A stretch of 64,000 nucleotides of DNA from Candidatus Ozemobacteraceae bacterium (GCA_965140445.1 OZ223236.1:4064001-4128000), one strand, 5' to 3'; positions 45,403 to 55,219 are shown, numbered from the stretch's first letter. The notes: generated by a model not told the origin, from the sequence alone. A program made the numbers and translations.

Positions 45403-46974
45403 TTGAACCTGGATCTATCTGAATATATGGGAGCCTATATTGATGGTTCAAGAGAGAATCTTGATACCATGGATAAGTCCCTGCTTAGTCTAGAGCAAAA
45501 CCCTGCAAACCTGGATGCTGTAGAAGAAATTTTTCGTGCCGCCCATACCCTAAAAGGCATGTCAGCTACCATGGGATTTGAGAAAATAGCTCATCTTACC
45601 CATGAAATGGAAAATATTCTTGATAAATTAAGGAATCAGCAGATACCTGTTACAACCGAAGTTATCGATGTTATATTTGAAACATTCGATGTTCTGCGCA
45701 CACTTGTTAACGATAGTATTGAAGCTACAGATTCTAATATTGATTTAACTGATATTTCCGCCAAGCTTACTTCATTGGCTTCAGGGCAAAGCACTGGCTC
45801 TGCTCCACAAGCCCCATCTTCAAGCTCGCCTAAGGCAAGTCCAGCTGCCGCATCAGGCTCAAGTGAATCAGGAACCATGTCCGACCTTGCAGAATTAGAT
45901 ATATCTGCATATGAGATTACTGGACTTGAAGAAGCAGGAGAAAGAGGACAAGCGGTATTTCTTTTAAAGATCTCCCTTGTTGCAGATTGTCTACTCAAAG
46001 GGCCACGAATCTTTATGATTCTGCGAACCCTTGATGACTTTGAATGCGATATAGTTAAGTCCTCTCCTGAAGTTAAGGATCTTGAAAATGAGAAATTTGA
46101 CAGATCATTTAAAATGGTTTTCTGTTCAAGCCGATCCCTGGAAGAAATAAAAGAGGGAATAGATTCTATTTCTGAAATTGAATCTGTAGAACTACAAATC
46201 CTGGACTTAAGCAAGGATGGTGCTTCAGCTTCAGCCTCACAACCACAAGCCATTGTAGAAAAGCCGCCCATAGTTGAGCAAGTTGAGGCTCCTGCTCCGC
46301 CTGCTCCACAGTATTCTGCGCCAGCGCCGGCAGCCCCACCGCCTCAAGCTCCTCCTGCAGTGCAAGCTCCATCTGCTCCAGCAGCTCCTGTGGCACCTCC
46401 TCCGGCTCCACAGCCTTCATCTGGGCAAGGTGGCGGCGGAATAATCATGCCTCCTTCTGCTCCTGACGCTTCAGAGCACTTCTCTCAAGGGTTTGAAAAC
46501 GAAGAAGACGCAGATGATGTAAAAGAAATAGTAGAGTTTGTTCAGCTTGTTACTTTTAATATTGCCGGTGAAATTTACGCCCTGGAAATTAAAAAAGTTG
46601 AAGCAATCATCAATATGGTTCCTATAACAAGGGTTCCGAAAGCTCCTGCACACATTGACGGAGTAATTAACTTACGCGGAGAGATTGTTCCTGTTATTAA
46701 CACCAGAAGACGCCTTTCTCTTGAAAACCTTGAAAAGAAAGAAGCCAAGCAAATAATAATATTGGCCTTTGAAGACGAAAAAGTTAAAGCAGGCTTTCTT
46801 GTAGATAGTGTTAGAGAGGTTATTGGAGTCCCTGAAACATCTATAGAACCACCCACGAGAGTTTCTGAAAGCGTTGAGGTTGAGTATTTAAAAGGCGTTG
46901 GAAAAGTAGATAATAAAATTATAATTCTGCTCAATGCTCACAGAATTGTTTTTGGCAAAAAGAAAGAAGAATAA
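45403..46974 (+). CDS. Hpt (P1)-P2-CheW fusion protein; TTG start
   Basis: N-terminal ~270 aa closely resemble CheA P1/P2 (FRAAHTLKGMSATMG); C-terminal CheW (QLVTFNIAGEIYAL, RVPKAPAHIDGVINLRGEIVPVI); no P3/P4; AGGAGG RBS. Confidence 0.88.
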   Translation: MNLDLSEYMGAYIDGSRENLDTMDKSLLSLEQNPANLDAVEEIFRAAHTLKGMSATMGFEKIAHLTHEMENILDKLRNQQIPVTTEVIDVIFETFDVLRTLVNDSIEATDSNIDLTDISAKLTSLASGQSTGSAPQAPSSSSPKASPAAASGSSESGTMSDLAELDISAYEITGLEEAGERGQAVFLLKISLVADCLLKGPRIFMILRTLDDFECDIVKSSPEVKDLENEKFDRSFKMVFCSSRSLEEIKEGIDSISEIESVELQILDLSKDGASASASQPQAIVEKPPIVEQVEAPAPPAPQYSAPAPAAPPPQAPPAVQAPSAPAAPVAPPPAPQPSSGQGGGGIIMPPSAPDASEHFSQGFENEEDADDVKEIVEFVQLVTFNIAGEIYALEIKKVEAIINMVPITRVPKAPAHIDGVINLRGEIVPVINTRRRLSLENLEKKEAKQIIILAFEDEKVKAGFLVDSVREVIGVPETSIEPPTRVSESVEVEYLKGVGKVDNKIIILLNAHRIVFGKKKEE

Positions 46975-47013
46975 AAAAAATCCCCCGATGTTAAACCGGG
47001 GGATTTTTTTTTT
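46975..47013. terminator. Bidirectional intrinsic terminator
   Basis: AAAAAATCCCCCG...CGGGGGATTTTTTT between convergent genes. Confidence 0.85.
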
Positions 47014-47014
47014 A

Positions 47015-48217
47015 CTAGTTTTTAATTGCTAAAATCCTTGAAGCTGTTTTTCTAACCATGTCGTTTTCATCCTGAGAAACCGACTTGGCATAGTCAATAA
47101 TTGAAGAATTAATCGGGAGTTTTGCCAAAGCTTCAAGGGCATTGAGTCTGTTAAACCAGATATCATCTTTTAAAAGGGTTTTGAGAGGGATTTCTGCATC
47201 AGCAAATCCAAGATCGCCTAAAGCATCTATGCTGAAGAAAAGAGCATCCCTGTCCTTTAAAATTTCAATCAAAGGCTTGATAAACTCTTCCTTTTTCAAT
47301 TGTCCCATGGCGCGAATAAGATTGATCTTCTCCTGTTTTTCAGCAGTTTTTAATCTTTCGATAAGCGCATCAGGATTTAGATGGCCCACCTTTGACAATC
47401 CTTCGACAGCAGCGGCGCGAACTTGTAAGGACTCGTCCTTTAACATTTTTATAAGAGGAGCAATTGCTTTCTCTGTTTCAGTATGCCCAAGAGCCTCTGC
47501 AACTCTTTTTCTAAGGAACCACTCTGGATTATTCACATGTCGTGCTAAAACTTCTACTGCATCAGAGTTTGCAACCTTTCCTAAACCATAAATGCAATAT
47601 AAACCACGCTCAAGCGGATTTGTATCCAATTCCTCTGCAAATAATCTTACTGTTTCTGAGTGGCGAGTTTCAGATAAATACTTTAAAACCCACATCTTTC
47701 GATCTGGAGTTAATGACCTGTACTTGGTGAGAAAAAATGGAACCAGGCTTTCGTGCCTTTCTAACAAGTATTTAATACTTCCATAGAGGACGGTTTCATC
47801 CTTGTAAGTCAGGTAAAAACCTCCCAGCACATCATCTACAACCTTACCTTTCTCAAATGCAGATATGGCTTTCACTGCTGGCAAAGCCAATTCATTAACT
47901 CCGCTCTTTATTGCTTTTTCTAATTGCCCTAATGCTTTTGAATATTTGACTTCACCAAAAATATTTGCAATTTCAACGAAGCTTTTAGGTTTTTCAAAAT
48001 TGATATTTTTATTCAAGAAGTCTAATCCAGACTCACCGAGATGGTTTATAAAAAGATTAGAGACTAAGCTGATTCCAATCACATTACCTGATTCAAACAC
48101 TTCAATCAAGGCAAAAAGCTTTTCTGGATCAGCCTCTGGCTGCAATTCTGGTAATATTTCAGATAAAAATCTATCCTGGCCACTAAGGGCGTTTTCAAGC
48201 AATTTTTCAAAAGACAT
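47015..48217 (-). CDS. HEAT repeat protein
   Basis: EWFLRKRVAEALG, LKDESLQVRAAAVEGL, LKDDIWFNRLNALEAL. Confidence 0.88.
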   Translation of the reverse strand: MSFEKLLENALSGQDRFLSEILPELQPEADPEKLFALIEVFESGNVIGISLVSNLFINHLGESGLDFLNKNINFEKPKSFVEIANIFGEVKYSKALGQLEKAIKSGVNELALPAVKAISAFEKGKVVDDVLGGFYLTYKDETVLYGSIKYLLERHESLVPFFLTKYRSLTPDRKMWVLKYLSETRHSETVRLFAEELDTNPLERGLYCIYGLGKVANSDAVEVLARHVNNPEWFLRKRVAEALGHTETEKAIAPLIKMLKDESLQVRAAAVEGLSKVGHLNPDALIERLKTAEKQEKINLIRAMGQLKKEEFIKPLIEILKDRDALFFSIDALGDLGFADAEIPLKTLLKDDIWFNRLNALEALAKLPINSSIIDYAKSVSQDENDMVRKTASRILAIKN

Positions 48218-48234
48218 CTAGTTCTCCTGAACCC

Positions 48235-48642
48235 TTAGTTTGGTGTAGAAGTTGGGCCTTCATATTTTTCAATAGTGAATTCTTCTCTACCCACAACTTT
48301 ACCATCAGCCGAAAATTCAAAGGTATACACTCCAGGTCCCGGGAAAGCAAAATTGTTTAAAACAATCATGGATCTTGCAACAACACCTGGTTGCCCCTGT
48401 ATTGGCGCGGTTGGTTTAACATTAGGAATTTCAACGCCAGCGGGAGGAATAATGTTCAAAGTAACATTAACCTTGCCGACCAATTCTCCCCATTCAATAA
48501 ACAGGCAAAGCTTTGGAAAAGGCAAAGGGAATTGCTGTACTAATAACTTTGAGCCCAAAACTCCCATAAGGCTAACTCTTCCGCCTACTTCCTGACGAAT
48601 ATCTTCACAAACAAGAACACATTTATATTTTAAATCTGACAT
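48235..48642 (-). CDS. Small beta-sandwich protein (DUF6941-like)
   Basis: LVCEDIRQEVGGRVSLMGV...FPGPGVYTFEFSADG. Confidence 0.65.
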   Translation of the reverse strand: MSDLKYKCVLVCEDIRQEVGGRVSLMGVLGSKLLVQQFPLPFPKLCLFIEWGELVGKVNVTLNIIPPAGVEIPNVKPTAPIQGQPGVVARSMIVLNNFAFPGPGVYTFEFSADGKVVGREEFTIEKYEGPTSTPN

Positions 48643-48649
48643 TTCTAAA

Positions 48650-49081
48650 TCACCTTTCAGTTATTTGTTTTCCTTTAGATCTTCTTGAATCTAAATATCC
48701 CTGCAAAATTACAGATGCTGCCACAGCATCTTTAACCTCTTTTCGCTTCTCTCTATTCAATCCGGAAGCGACTAGAGATGCCTCGGCAATTTTTGTGGTA
48801 AATCTTTCATCCACAAAATCTATCGGCAAATCAGTCTTTTCTGCAAGCTGGTTTTTAAAAGCCCTTGCCCTTTGGCAAGATTCTCTTTCCTGGCCATCAA
48901 AGGAAATTGGCAACCCAATTACAATTCCATGAATTTCTTCGTGGTCAATTATTTTTAAAACATCCTCGATAGCTTTCTTTCCAGCTTTAACAATTGAGTG
49001 CGGAGAGGCTGCTATTTCAAGCCCATCACATGTTGCAACACCAATTCTCTTGTGTCCAACGTCAAGTGCAAGAAATTTCAT
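48650..49081 (-). CDS. ruvX: YqgF/RuvX nuclease
   Basis: LALDVGHKRIGVA, VIGLP, VDERFTT, DAVAASVILQGYLD; follows alaS. Confidence 0.93.
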   Translation of the reverse strand: MKFLALDVGHKRIGVATCDGLEIAASPHSIVKAGKKAIEDVLKIIDHEEIHGIVIGLPISFDGQERESCQRARAFKNQLAEKTDLPIDFVDERFTTKIAEASLVASGLNREKRKEVKDAVAASVILQGYLDSRRSKGKQITER

Positions 49082-49117
49082 TTTACCCCTTTATTGTAAA
49101 AACAATTGTTAATAGCT

Positions 49118-49145
49118 ATTCCGGGCACAATTCTGTGCCCGGAAT
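49118..49145 (-). terminator. Strong stem-loop downstream of alaS
   Basis: ATTCCGGGCACA-ATTC-TGTGCCCGGAAT; no clear U-tract, so may be a stabilising hairpin. Confidence 0.55.
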
Positions 49146-49161
49146 CATTTAGTTAGTTTAA

Positions 49162-51750
49162 TTAATTGACAGCTTCTCTAACAAGTTCTTCGGCTTTTTT
49201 GAGCGCATCGTCAATTTTGGAAACATCTTTTCCGCCTGCAGTCGCCATGTCAGGTCTTCCACCGCCACCGCCACCAGCAACTTTAGCGATTTCCTTAATC
49301 AATTTCCCGGCATTTAATCCAAGCGGAATTAAATCTTTTGTAAGCTTAAGAACAAACCCAGCCTTTTCTCCGCCTGTTGCAAGAAGAATTAGAGATTTTT
49401 CCTTAGAAGCACCAATAATTTCGTCAGTTAAATCTTTCATTTCATCAACAGAGAGATCGTCTGTTCTTGCAAGCATAACATTTATGTCGCCAACTTTTAT
49501 TGCGCTTGATTTAATCTGATCAGCATGCCCGAGAGCTTGAGATTTTCTGGCTTTTTCAAGTTCTTTCTTTAATTCTTTTAGTTCTGACACAAGCTTTTCT
49601 GCTTTAACCTGAAGGCTGCCAGAATCACAATCAAGAATTTTAACCAGATTTCGTTCGCTATTTCTTAAATCATGCAGAACATCAAGGGCATGATCTCCGG
49701 TGAAAGCTTCAATTCTCCTTACTCCAGCTGCTATAGACGATTCAGAAACTATTGAAAACAAGCCTATTTCTGAAGCATTTTTCAAATGAGTTCCGCCACA
49801 AAGTTCCTTCGAATAGTCTCCCACTGAAACAACTCTGACACGATCACCATATTTTTCACCAAAAAGAGCCATTGCGCCAGTTTTAACAGCGTCATCATAG
49901 CTTTGACTTTCAACTTCAACTTTAAGGCATTCAAGAACCTTTTCATTTACTCTTTTTTCTATTTTGTCCAGAACATCTGCACCTAGAGATTCAAAATGAG
50001 TGAAATCAAATCTCAAACGATCAGGAGCAACGTGAGAACCAGCCTGCTTAACATGTTCTCCAACGAATTCCTGCAAAGCCTTGTGAAGCAAATGAGTTGC
50101 AGTGTGGTTTCTCATAATGGCTTGTCTATTTTTCTTGTCAACAAGCATTTGAACGGTATCGCCTTTATAAAATCTTTCTTTAGACTGCCAGCTGCCCATA
50201 TGAAGATAAACATCATCAATTTTTTCTGTTGTATTCACATTGAAAATAGCTTTTCCAGCTTTAATAATGCCTTTGTCGCCAACCTGTCCACCAGCTTCCG
50301 CATAAAACGGGCTTTGACTGACAACAACAAGATCTTTTCCCTTTTCAGAAACAACATCTAAAACCTTTGCTTCATCCTCGATTTTTTCATATCCAGTAAA
50401 ACAAGTTTTTTGATAATCTCCAGGATTAACGGCTGAAAAGTTTACAAAAGCAGAAACAACATTTGCTCTTCCGCGTTCTCGTTGTTTTTCTAACTCTTCA
50501 TTAAATTCTTTTTCATCAACCTGAAGATTTTCTTCCATACAAATTTCACGAGTCAGATCCAGGGGGAAGCCATAAGTGTCATGAAGAAGAAAAGCCTTTT
50601 CGCCAGGCAAAACAGTCTTTTTACTGTGTTTAACCTCTTCGAGGTATTCAGAAAGAATTTCACTTCCAGTTTTCAAGGTCTGAAGGAATCGCTCTTCTTC
50701 ATTTTTTATCAAGCGAATCACGTGATCTGAATTTTCTTTAACCTCAGGATATGCTTCCATTATGTCCCCAACAGTTGGAACAATTTTATGTAGAAAAGGC
50801 TTTTCTTGCCCAAGATAGCTAAATCCAAATCTTGAAGCCCTTCTCAGAATTTTTCTTAGAACATAGCCACGGCCTTCATTTCCGGGTAATCCTCCATCGG
50901 AAAGAGCAAAAGATAGAGCTCTTACATGGTCAGATACAACCTTCAAAGCAGTTCTTATTCTTTTTGATTCATTAAAAGAATGTCCTGTGATTTCTTCAGT
51001 CTTTTTAACAATTCCTGAAAACAAATCATTTTCAAAATTGTCTTTCTTACCCTGCATAATTGCAGCCAATCTTTCAAGGCCCATTCCGGTATCTATATTC
51101 TTTCTTTCCAGAGGTGTCAGAGTTCCGTCTTCTGCCCTGTCATATTGGGTAAACACTAGATTCCAGAATTCAAGGAATCGTGGGCAATCACAGCCAGGGG
51201 CACATTCTTTGCTTCCGCAGCCAATTTCTTCGCCTTGATCAATGTAGATTTCAGAACAAGGGCCAGAAGGACCAACTCCAATTGTCCAGAAATTGTCCTT
51301 GTCACCGAGCTTCACGATTCTGTTTGAAGCAACTTCAATATCTTTTTTCCAAATGTTATAAGCCTCATCATCACTGTGATGAACTGATACATAAAGCAAA
51401 TCTTTTGGCAGATTTAAATCTTTTGTTATAAATTCCCATGCCCAGGCAATTGCATCTTTCTTGAAATAATCTCCAAAGCTGAAGTTTCCAAGCATCTCAA
51501 AAAATGTGTGATGTCTGGCAGTGTATCCTACATTTTCAATATCAGTAGTTCTGAAACATTTTTGACACGAAGCCGCCCGGCTTAAATCCGTTTTAAGTCC
51601 CAAAAAATAGGGTTTAAAGGGTGCCATCCCAGCACTGACAAATAAAAGTGTTGGATCATCAAGAGGAATTAGTGGAGAAGATTTTTCGATTTTATGATCA
51701 TGTTGGCCAAAAAAGTCCAGAAACTTTTTTCTTATGGTAGCGGTTTTCAC
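49162..51750 (-). CDS. alaS: Alanine--tRNA ligase
   Basis: HHTFFEMLGNFSFGDYFK, IDTGMGLER, NHTATHLLH, ELCGGTH, GGGGGRPDMATAGG. Confidence 0.98.
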   Translation of the reverse strand: MKTATIRKKFLDFFGQHDHKIEKSSPLIPLDDPTLLFVSAGMAPFKPYFLGLKTDLSRAASCQKCFRTTDIENVGYTARHHTFFEMLGNFSFGDYFKKDAIAWAWEFITKDLNLPKDLLYVSVHHSDDEAYNIWKKDIEVASNRIVKLGDKDNFWTIGVGPSGPCSEIYIDQGEEIGCGSKECAPGCDCPRFLEFWNLVFTQYDRAEDGTLTPLERKNIDTGMGLERLAAIMQGKKDNFENDLFSGIVKKTEEITGHSFNESKRIRTALKVVSDHVRALSFALSDGGLPGNEGRGYVLRKILRRASRFGFSYLGQEKPFLHKIVPTVGDIMEAYPEVKENSDHVIRLIKNEEERFLQTLKTGSEILSEYLEEVKHSKKTVLPGEKAFLLHDTYGFPLDLTREICMEENLQVDEKEFNEELEKQRERGRANVVSAFVNFSAVNPGDYQKTCFTGYEKIEDEAKVLDVVSEKGKDLVVVSQSPFYAEAGGQVGDKGIIKAGKAIFNVNTTEKIDDVYLHMGSWQSKERFYKGDTVQMLVDKKNRQAIMRNHTATHLLHKALQEFVGEHVKQAGSHVAPDRLRFDFTHFESLGADVLDKIEKRVNEKVLECLKVEVESQSYDDAVKTGAMALFGEKYGDRVRVVSVGDYSKELCGGTHLKNASEIGLFSIVSESSIAAGVRRIEAFTGDHALDVLHDLRNSERNLVKILDCDSGSLQVKAEKLVSELKELKKELEKARKSQALGHADQIKSSAIKVGDINVMLARTDDLSVDEMKDLTDEIIGASKEKSLILLATGGEKAGFVLKLTKDLIPLGLNAGKLIKEIAKVAGGGGGGRPDMATAGGKDVSKIDDALKKAEELVREAVN

Positions 51751-51796
51751 GTGAGTCTCCTTAGTCTTGTGTCATTTGGAATATTTCAGAATAGTA

Positions 51797-52510
51797 TTAT
51801 TCGTACTTTGAATTCAAAATTCTTGGATAAATTCTTGTTGTAAAGGTTCTTTGCTTTATTGATTTTTTCTGGGCATCAAACAATTCATGCATTGAAATTT
51901 GCACTTCAATACCTTTTATTTTGTTGATATCCTTCAACCCTCCAGGGGCGCCATTAGATGGATGATAATAGTGTGGTCTCAAATAATTTCTATACGCCGT
52001 CATCGTTTCTTCTGGATAACGATTTCTAAATATTGTCCCATCTGTTCCCCAGACTTTAAGATAATTTAACTGCTTAGTTATTATCGGCTTTTTTGCGTTT
52101 CCTTCTTCTTGTCTGTATATAATTTTGTCTTTACCTTTTACATCTGCGTGCTTTTCAGGTCCCTCATAAGAGTAGGTTATAGTTTTGAAGCCATTTCCGT
52201 CTTTTCTTGGAACCTCAATAACCAGATTAAACAAAAGGGCATTTTCTTCACTGAAAAGGCTATCTTTAAAAACTGTATCAATTGAAACAACTCTTGTCAT
52301 TTCTCTTAGATCTCTTTCAATAAGCATCAGAAAGTTTCTTGCCTCGTGCAAAGTGTCGAGAGATTGCTTCTGACGATCCAGGCTAACAAAGGTTCTATCC
52401 AGGAAAGTGTAACCGATAGAAATTACAATGCCAAAAATCAGCAATGAAATCATCACTTCAACAAGAGTAAAACCTTTTCTATTCTTTGATTTATTTAAGT
52501 TACTAGTCAT
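51797..52510 (-). CDS. Prepilin-type N-terminal cleavage/methylation protein (PilW/PulJ-like); start placed at ATG 52510
   Basis: NRKG|FTLVEVMISLLIFGIVI class III signal; IERDLRE. Confidence 0.85.
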   Translation of the reverse strand: MTSNLNKSKNRKGFTLVEVMISLLIFGIVISIGYTFLDRTFVSLDRQKQSLDTLHEARNFLMLIERDLREMTRVVSIDTVFKDSLFSEENALLFNLVIEVPRKDGNGFKTITYSYEGPEKHADVKGKDKIIYRQEEGNAKKPIITKQLNYLKVWGTDGTIFRNRYPEETMTAYRNYLRPHYYHPSNGAPGGLKDINKIKGIEVQISMHELFDAQKKSIKQRTFTTRIYPRILNSKYE

Positions 52511-52526
52511 CTTTTTTCCCTTCAAC

Positions 52527-53090
52527 CTATGGCTTATTATTGAGCATTGAAGGGAAAGAAGCATTCAATCCCGCTCCCAATGTTTCATCGCCAAGAATTG
52601 TTACCAGCTCAAAGGATTTTTCATTGTCTTTTCTTCCCATGGCTTTCTCAATGAAGCGAACAATAACTCTGATTTTTATCCTACGCTTTTGCAACTCAAA
52701 ATCTGGTCTGGAAGGATCAGGATTCTCCTTAGGGTAAAAAGCAATTCTTGATTCTCTTGCATACTCAACCCCCGGCGAATTCCATGTTCCATTTACTTCA
52801 AGAGGCAATACCACTTCTTTAAAAGGGCCTTCTGCCGGGTCTGTTGCAGCGACTTCGATGATTTGACGCAATTCGTTGAATTGTCTGCTTTTCAATTCTT
52901 CTATTTTCTGCAAAGCCAGATTGCAGGCTACAACTTCATTAATGCTTTTATAAGTAACTTTTTCTGAAACTCCAAATAAAAGAATAATTGGCAGCATAAC
53001 AAGTGAAGCGACTGAAAGCGCCACAAGTATTTCAACGAGAGTTACCCCTCTTTTTTGAGCTTTTACAGGCATTTTTTTCAAATTTAACAA
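52527..53090 (-). CDS. Prepilin-type N-terminal cleavage/methylation protein (PilV/PulI-like)
   Basis: QKRG|VTLVEILVALSV; ACNLALQKIEELKS. Confidence 0.85.
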   Translation of the reverse strand: MLNLKKMPVKAQKRGVTLVEILVALSVASLVMLPIILLFGVSEKVTYKSINEVVACNLALQKIEELKSRQFNELRQIIEVAATDPAEGPFKEVVLPLEVNGTWNSPGVEYARESRIAFYPKENPDPSRPDFELQKRRIKIRVIVRFIEKAMGRKDNEKSFELVTILGDETLGAGLNASFPSMLNNKP

Positions 53091-53096
53091 AACCAG

Positions 53097-53124
53097 TAAA
53101 CTCCTTCCTATATTCCGCCGATAG
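53097..53124 (+). promoter_or_regulatory. Near-consensus sigma-28 promoter
   Basis: TAAA-N16-GCCGATAG, 37 nt upstream of the ATG at 53162. Confidence 0.75.
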
Positions 53125-53161
53125 ATTATTAAAATAAGATAATTCTCTTGAGGTAAAACAA

Positions 53162-53635
53162 ATGAAGGTCAATAAAAAGCATTTCGGACTCATTCTTGCT
53201 TCTCTGATGGCGCTTTCTTTCAACAGTCATTTCGCACAAGCTGCTAAAAAAACCACTGAGGCTTTTAGACCAGCCAAGGCTTTCGCCTTTAAAAAGGTTG
53301 GTAAGAGCTATGTCAGGCTTCCCGAAGTAAAGCCCGGATCTGTAATTGTTAAAAAGACTGGAGTCAGAATTGATCGCAAGAACCTTTATATTGGTGGTTA
53401 TGTTGTAAATACCACGGACAAAGAAATTAACTCGCTTAAAATCTTCCCAACTTTTGCGGAAAGCACTTTGAATCAAAGCAAACTTGTTAATCTTCTTAAT
53501 CATAGTATTAAAAACCTTCAACCTCACGAAACTCGCAGATTTGTAATTATGAGAAAGGTCTCTGAAGTTGGGCCACTTCTCTCTACCACAGTTCCTTTAA
53601 CTGAAAACTGCATCCTTAATTGCTACGAGATGTAG
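53162..53635 (+). CDS. Secreted hypothetical protein (small Ig-like domain)
   Basis: Signal peptide ending AQA; IGGYVVNTTDKEI...IKNLQPHETRRF; GAGG RBS. Confidence 0.65.
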   Translation: MKVNKKHFGLILASLMALSFNSHFAQAAKKTTEAFRPAKAFAFKKVGKSYVRLPEVKPGSVIVKKTGVRIDRKNLYIGGYVVNTTDKEINSLKIFPTFAESTLNQSKLVNLLNHSIKNLQPHETRRFVIMRKVSEVGPLLSTTVPLTENCILNCYEM

Positions 53636-54368
53636 TTTTCATACTTTCAACTTGACCAATAGCTTCGTCCCACTCTGGCCCCTGACTTTCGGGGGCCTTT
53701 TTCTTCATTAACTTAAAGGCATTTATATAAGCTTCTTTAGCTTTATCTTTCATATTTTTTTTCTCATAGACCTTTGCCAAAGAATCAAAAGCAAAAATTA
53801 AAACATCCATATCTTTGCTGTCAGCCCCTCTTTTCATAAGCTTTTCTTCCAGGAGCCTTTCCAATTTCATAATGCCAAGATTGTCGGATGATTCCAGTGA
53901 AAGAATTGCATCCTTCAACTGCTGAGAAGTTCCACTGTTAAGTTTCTTTCTCTGCTCCATTCTTTCACGTGAAAATCTTTCAGCACTTTCCCTTGCCGCT
54001 TCAAACTTCTGAATAGCAAGAATTCGACGCTCTTCACGTAAATCTTTGGCTTCCACGTCTTTTCTAAGAACTTTTGAATCACTAGAGATGCCCATTTTAA
54101 CGAGCTCTTCTTTGGCTCGTTCACTGGTTGAGTTCTTACTTTTAAAGTATTTAGAGGGTTTCAGGAAAGAAAAAACACCTTCAGAGCTGCCCCCTGGCAT
54201 TCCTTCTGGATTGATAACGTTAGAACTGCTAAATGAATGATAAATAAACAAAGCAACGATTCCAACCGTAATCAAACCAGCCCCTACGATTTGCGGGCTT
54301 TTCCAAAGCGGCGGCAAAGGCTCTTTTTCTTTTTTCTTTTTTCTCGGCGGATACAGAGGTCGAACCAT
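53616..54368 (-). CDS. Hypothetical single-TM protein with C-terminal TPR-like helix pair
   Basis: N-terminal TM; AFDSLAKVYEKKNMKDKAKEAYINAF; AAGGAG RBS. Confidence 0.65.
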   Translation of the reverse strand: MVRPLYPPRKKKKEKEPLPPLWKSPQIVGAGLITVGIVALFIYHSFSSSNVINPEGMPGGSSEGVFSFLKPSKYFKSKNSTSERAKEELVKMGISSDSKVLRKDVEAKDLREERRILAIQKFEAARESAERFSRERMEQRKKLNSGTSQQLKDAILSLESSDNLGIMKLERLLEEKLMKRGADSKDMDVLIFAFDSLAKVYEKKNMKDKAKEAYINAFKLMKKKAPESQGPEWDEAIGQVESMKTTSRSN

Positions 54369-54592
54369 TATCGACTCCTTAAAAGCGATTTACAACCTAA
54401 AGTAATGATTAATACTAAGGTTACTTGAGTCTTTGCAGTATACCAGAGCTCAGACAAGCTGTCTACTCTATAGAAGAATTAGTGGAAAACGTTGATTTCT
54501 TTACATAATCTGTTGCCAAGCTCTCCCATTCTGTGTTATTACTCAATGGTATGTATCTTAGATACTATAATTAGGATGCGGAGAGAGTTTTT

Positions 54593-55219
54593 TTGATCAA
54601 ATCTCAAGCCATTCAAGAAACTTATGACAAATTTAGTTCCTTTTATGATCTGATTTTTAAACCGTGCCTTGAAAAAGGAAGGCTTAGAGCCGTTGAATTA
54701 CTATTTCAAGAGCACTGTGATCAAACACTTGAAATTGGAATTGGAACAGGACTAAGTCTGGAAAGTTATCCCAGGGCAGCGAATTTAACGGCCTTTGATT
54801 ATTCACATGGAATGTTAAAAGCGTTAAAGAAAAAGCCCCGGGAACCTAATTGTTGTGATTTTGCCCTTCTTCAAATGGATGTTCAAAACATGGCGTTTCC
54901 AGACAATACTTTCGACAGTGTTTTAGCGGCTTATGTTTTAACTGTTGTAGAAAATCCAGAACGGGCTTTAGATGAAATTCTAAGGGTATCCAAGCCAGGA
55001 TCAAGAATTGTTATAATGAACTACCTACGTAGCCAAAATAGATTTGTAAGAATTTTAGAAGAATTTATAGATCCTCTGTTTACAGCCATGGGGCTTTTTT
55101 CGTTAGACAGAGATCTGATTAAACTCATTAAATCAAAGGGAGCAAAAAACCTTAAAATAGAACCAACTTCATGGTTAAACACTCATTTTATTATTTCTTT
55201 CACCACGCCGGGGAAATAG
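54593..55219 (+). CDS. Class I SAM methyltransferase, PmtA-like phospholipid N-methyltransferase
   Basis: YDKFSSFYDLIF, LEIGIGTG, DYSHGML, FPDNTFD, YVLTVV, RVSKPGSRI. Confidence 0.75.
   Translation: MIKSQAIQETYDKFSSFYDLIFKPCLEKGRLRAVELLFQEHCDQTLEIGIGTGLSLESYPRAANLTAFDYSHGMLKALKKKPREPNCCDFALLQMDVQNMAFPDNTFDSVLAAYVLTVVENPERALDEILRVSKPGSRIVIMNYLRSQNRFVRILEEFIDPLFTAMGLFSLDRDLIKLIKSKGAKNLKIEPTSWLNTHFIISFTTPGK

Noticed and set aside
43084..46200. cheA 5' duplication as an assembly artefact or pseudogene
   Set aside because: Copies differ at many synonymous and non-synonymous sites; the second has its own RBS and an intact frame into CheW
51751..51796. T-box riboswitch before alaS (also looked before lysS)
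   Set aside because: Gap before alaS is only 46 nt; no T-box consensus seen at either site
53129..53527. 132-aa minus-strand ORF that would make the minus-strand run continuous
   Set aside because: No RBS or recognisable features; the opposite 157-aa ORF has a promoter, RBS and signal peptide
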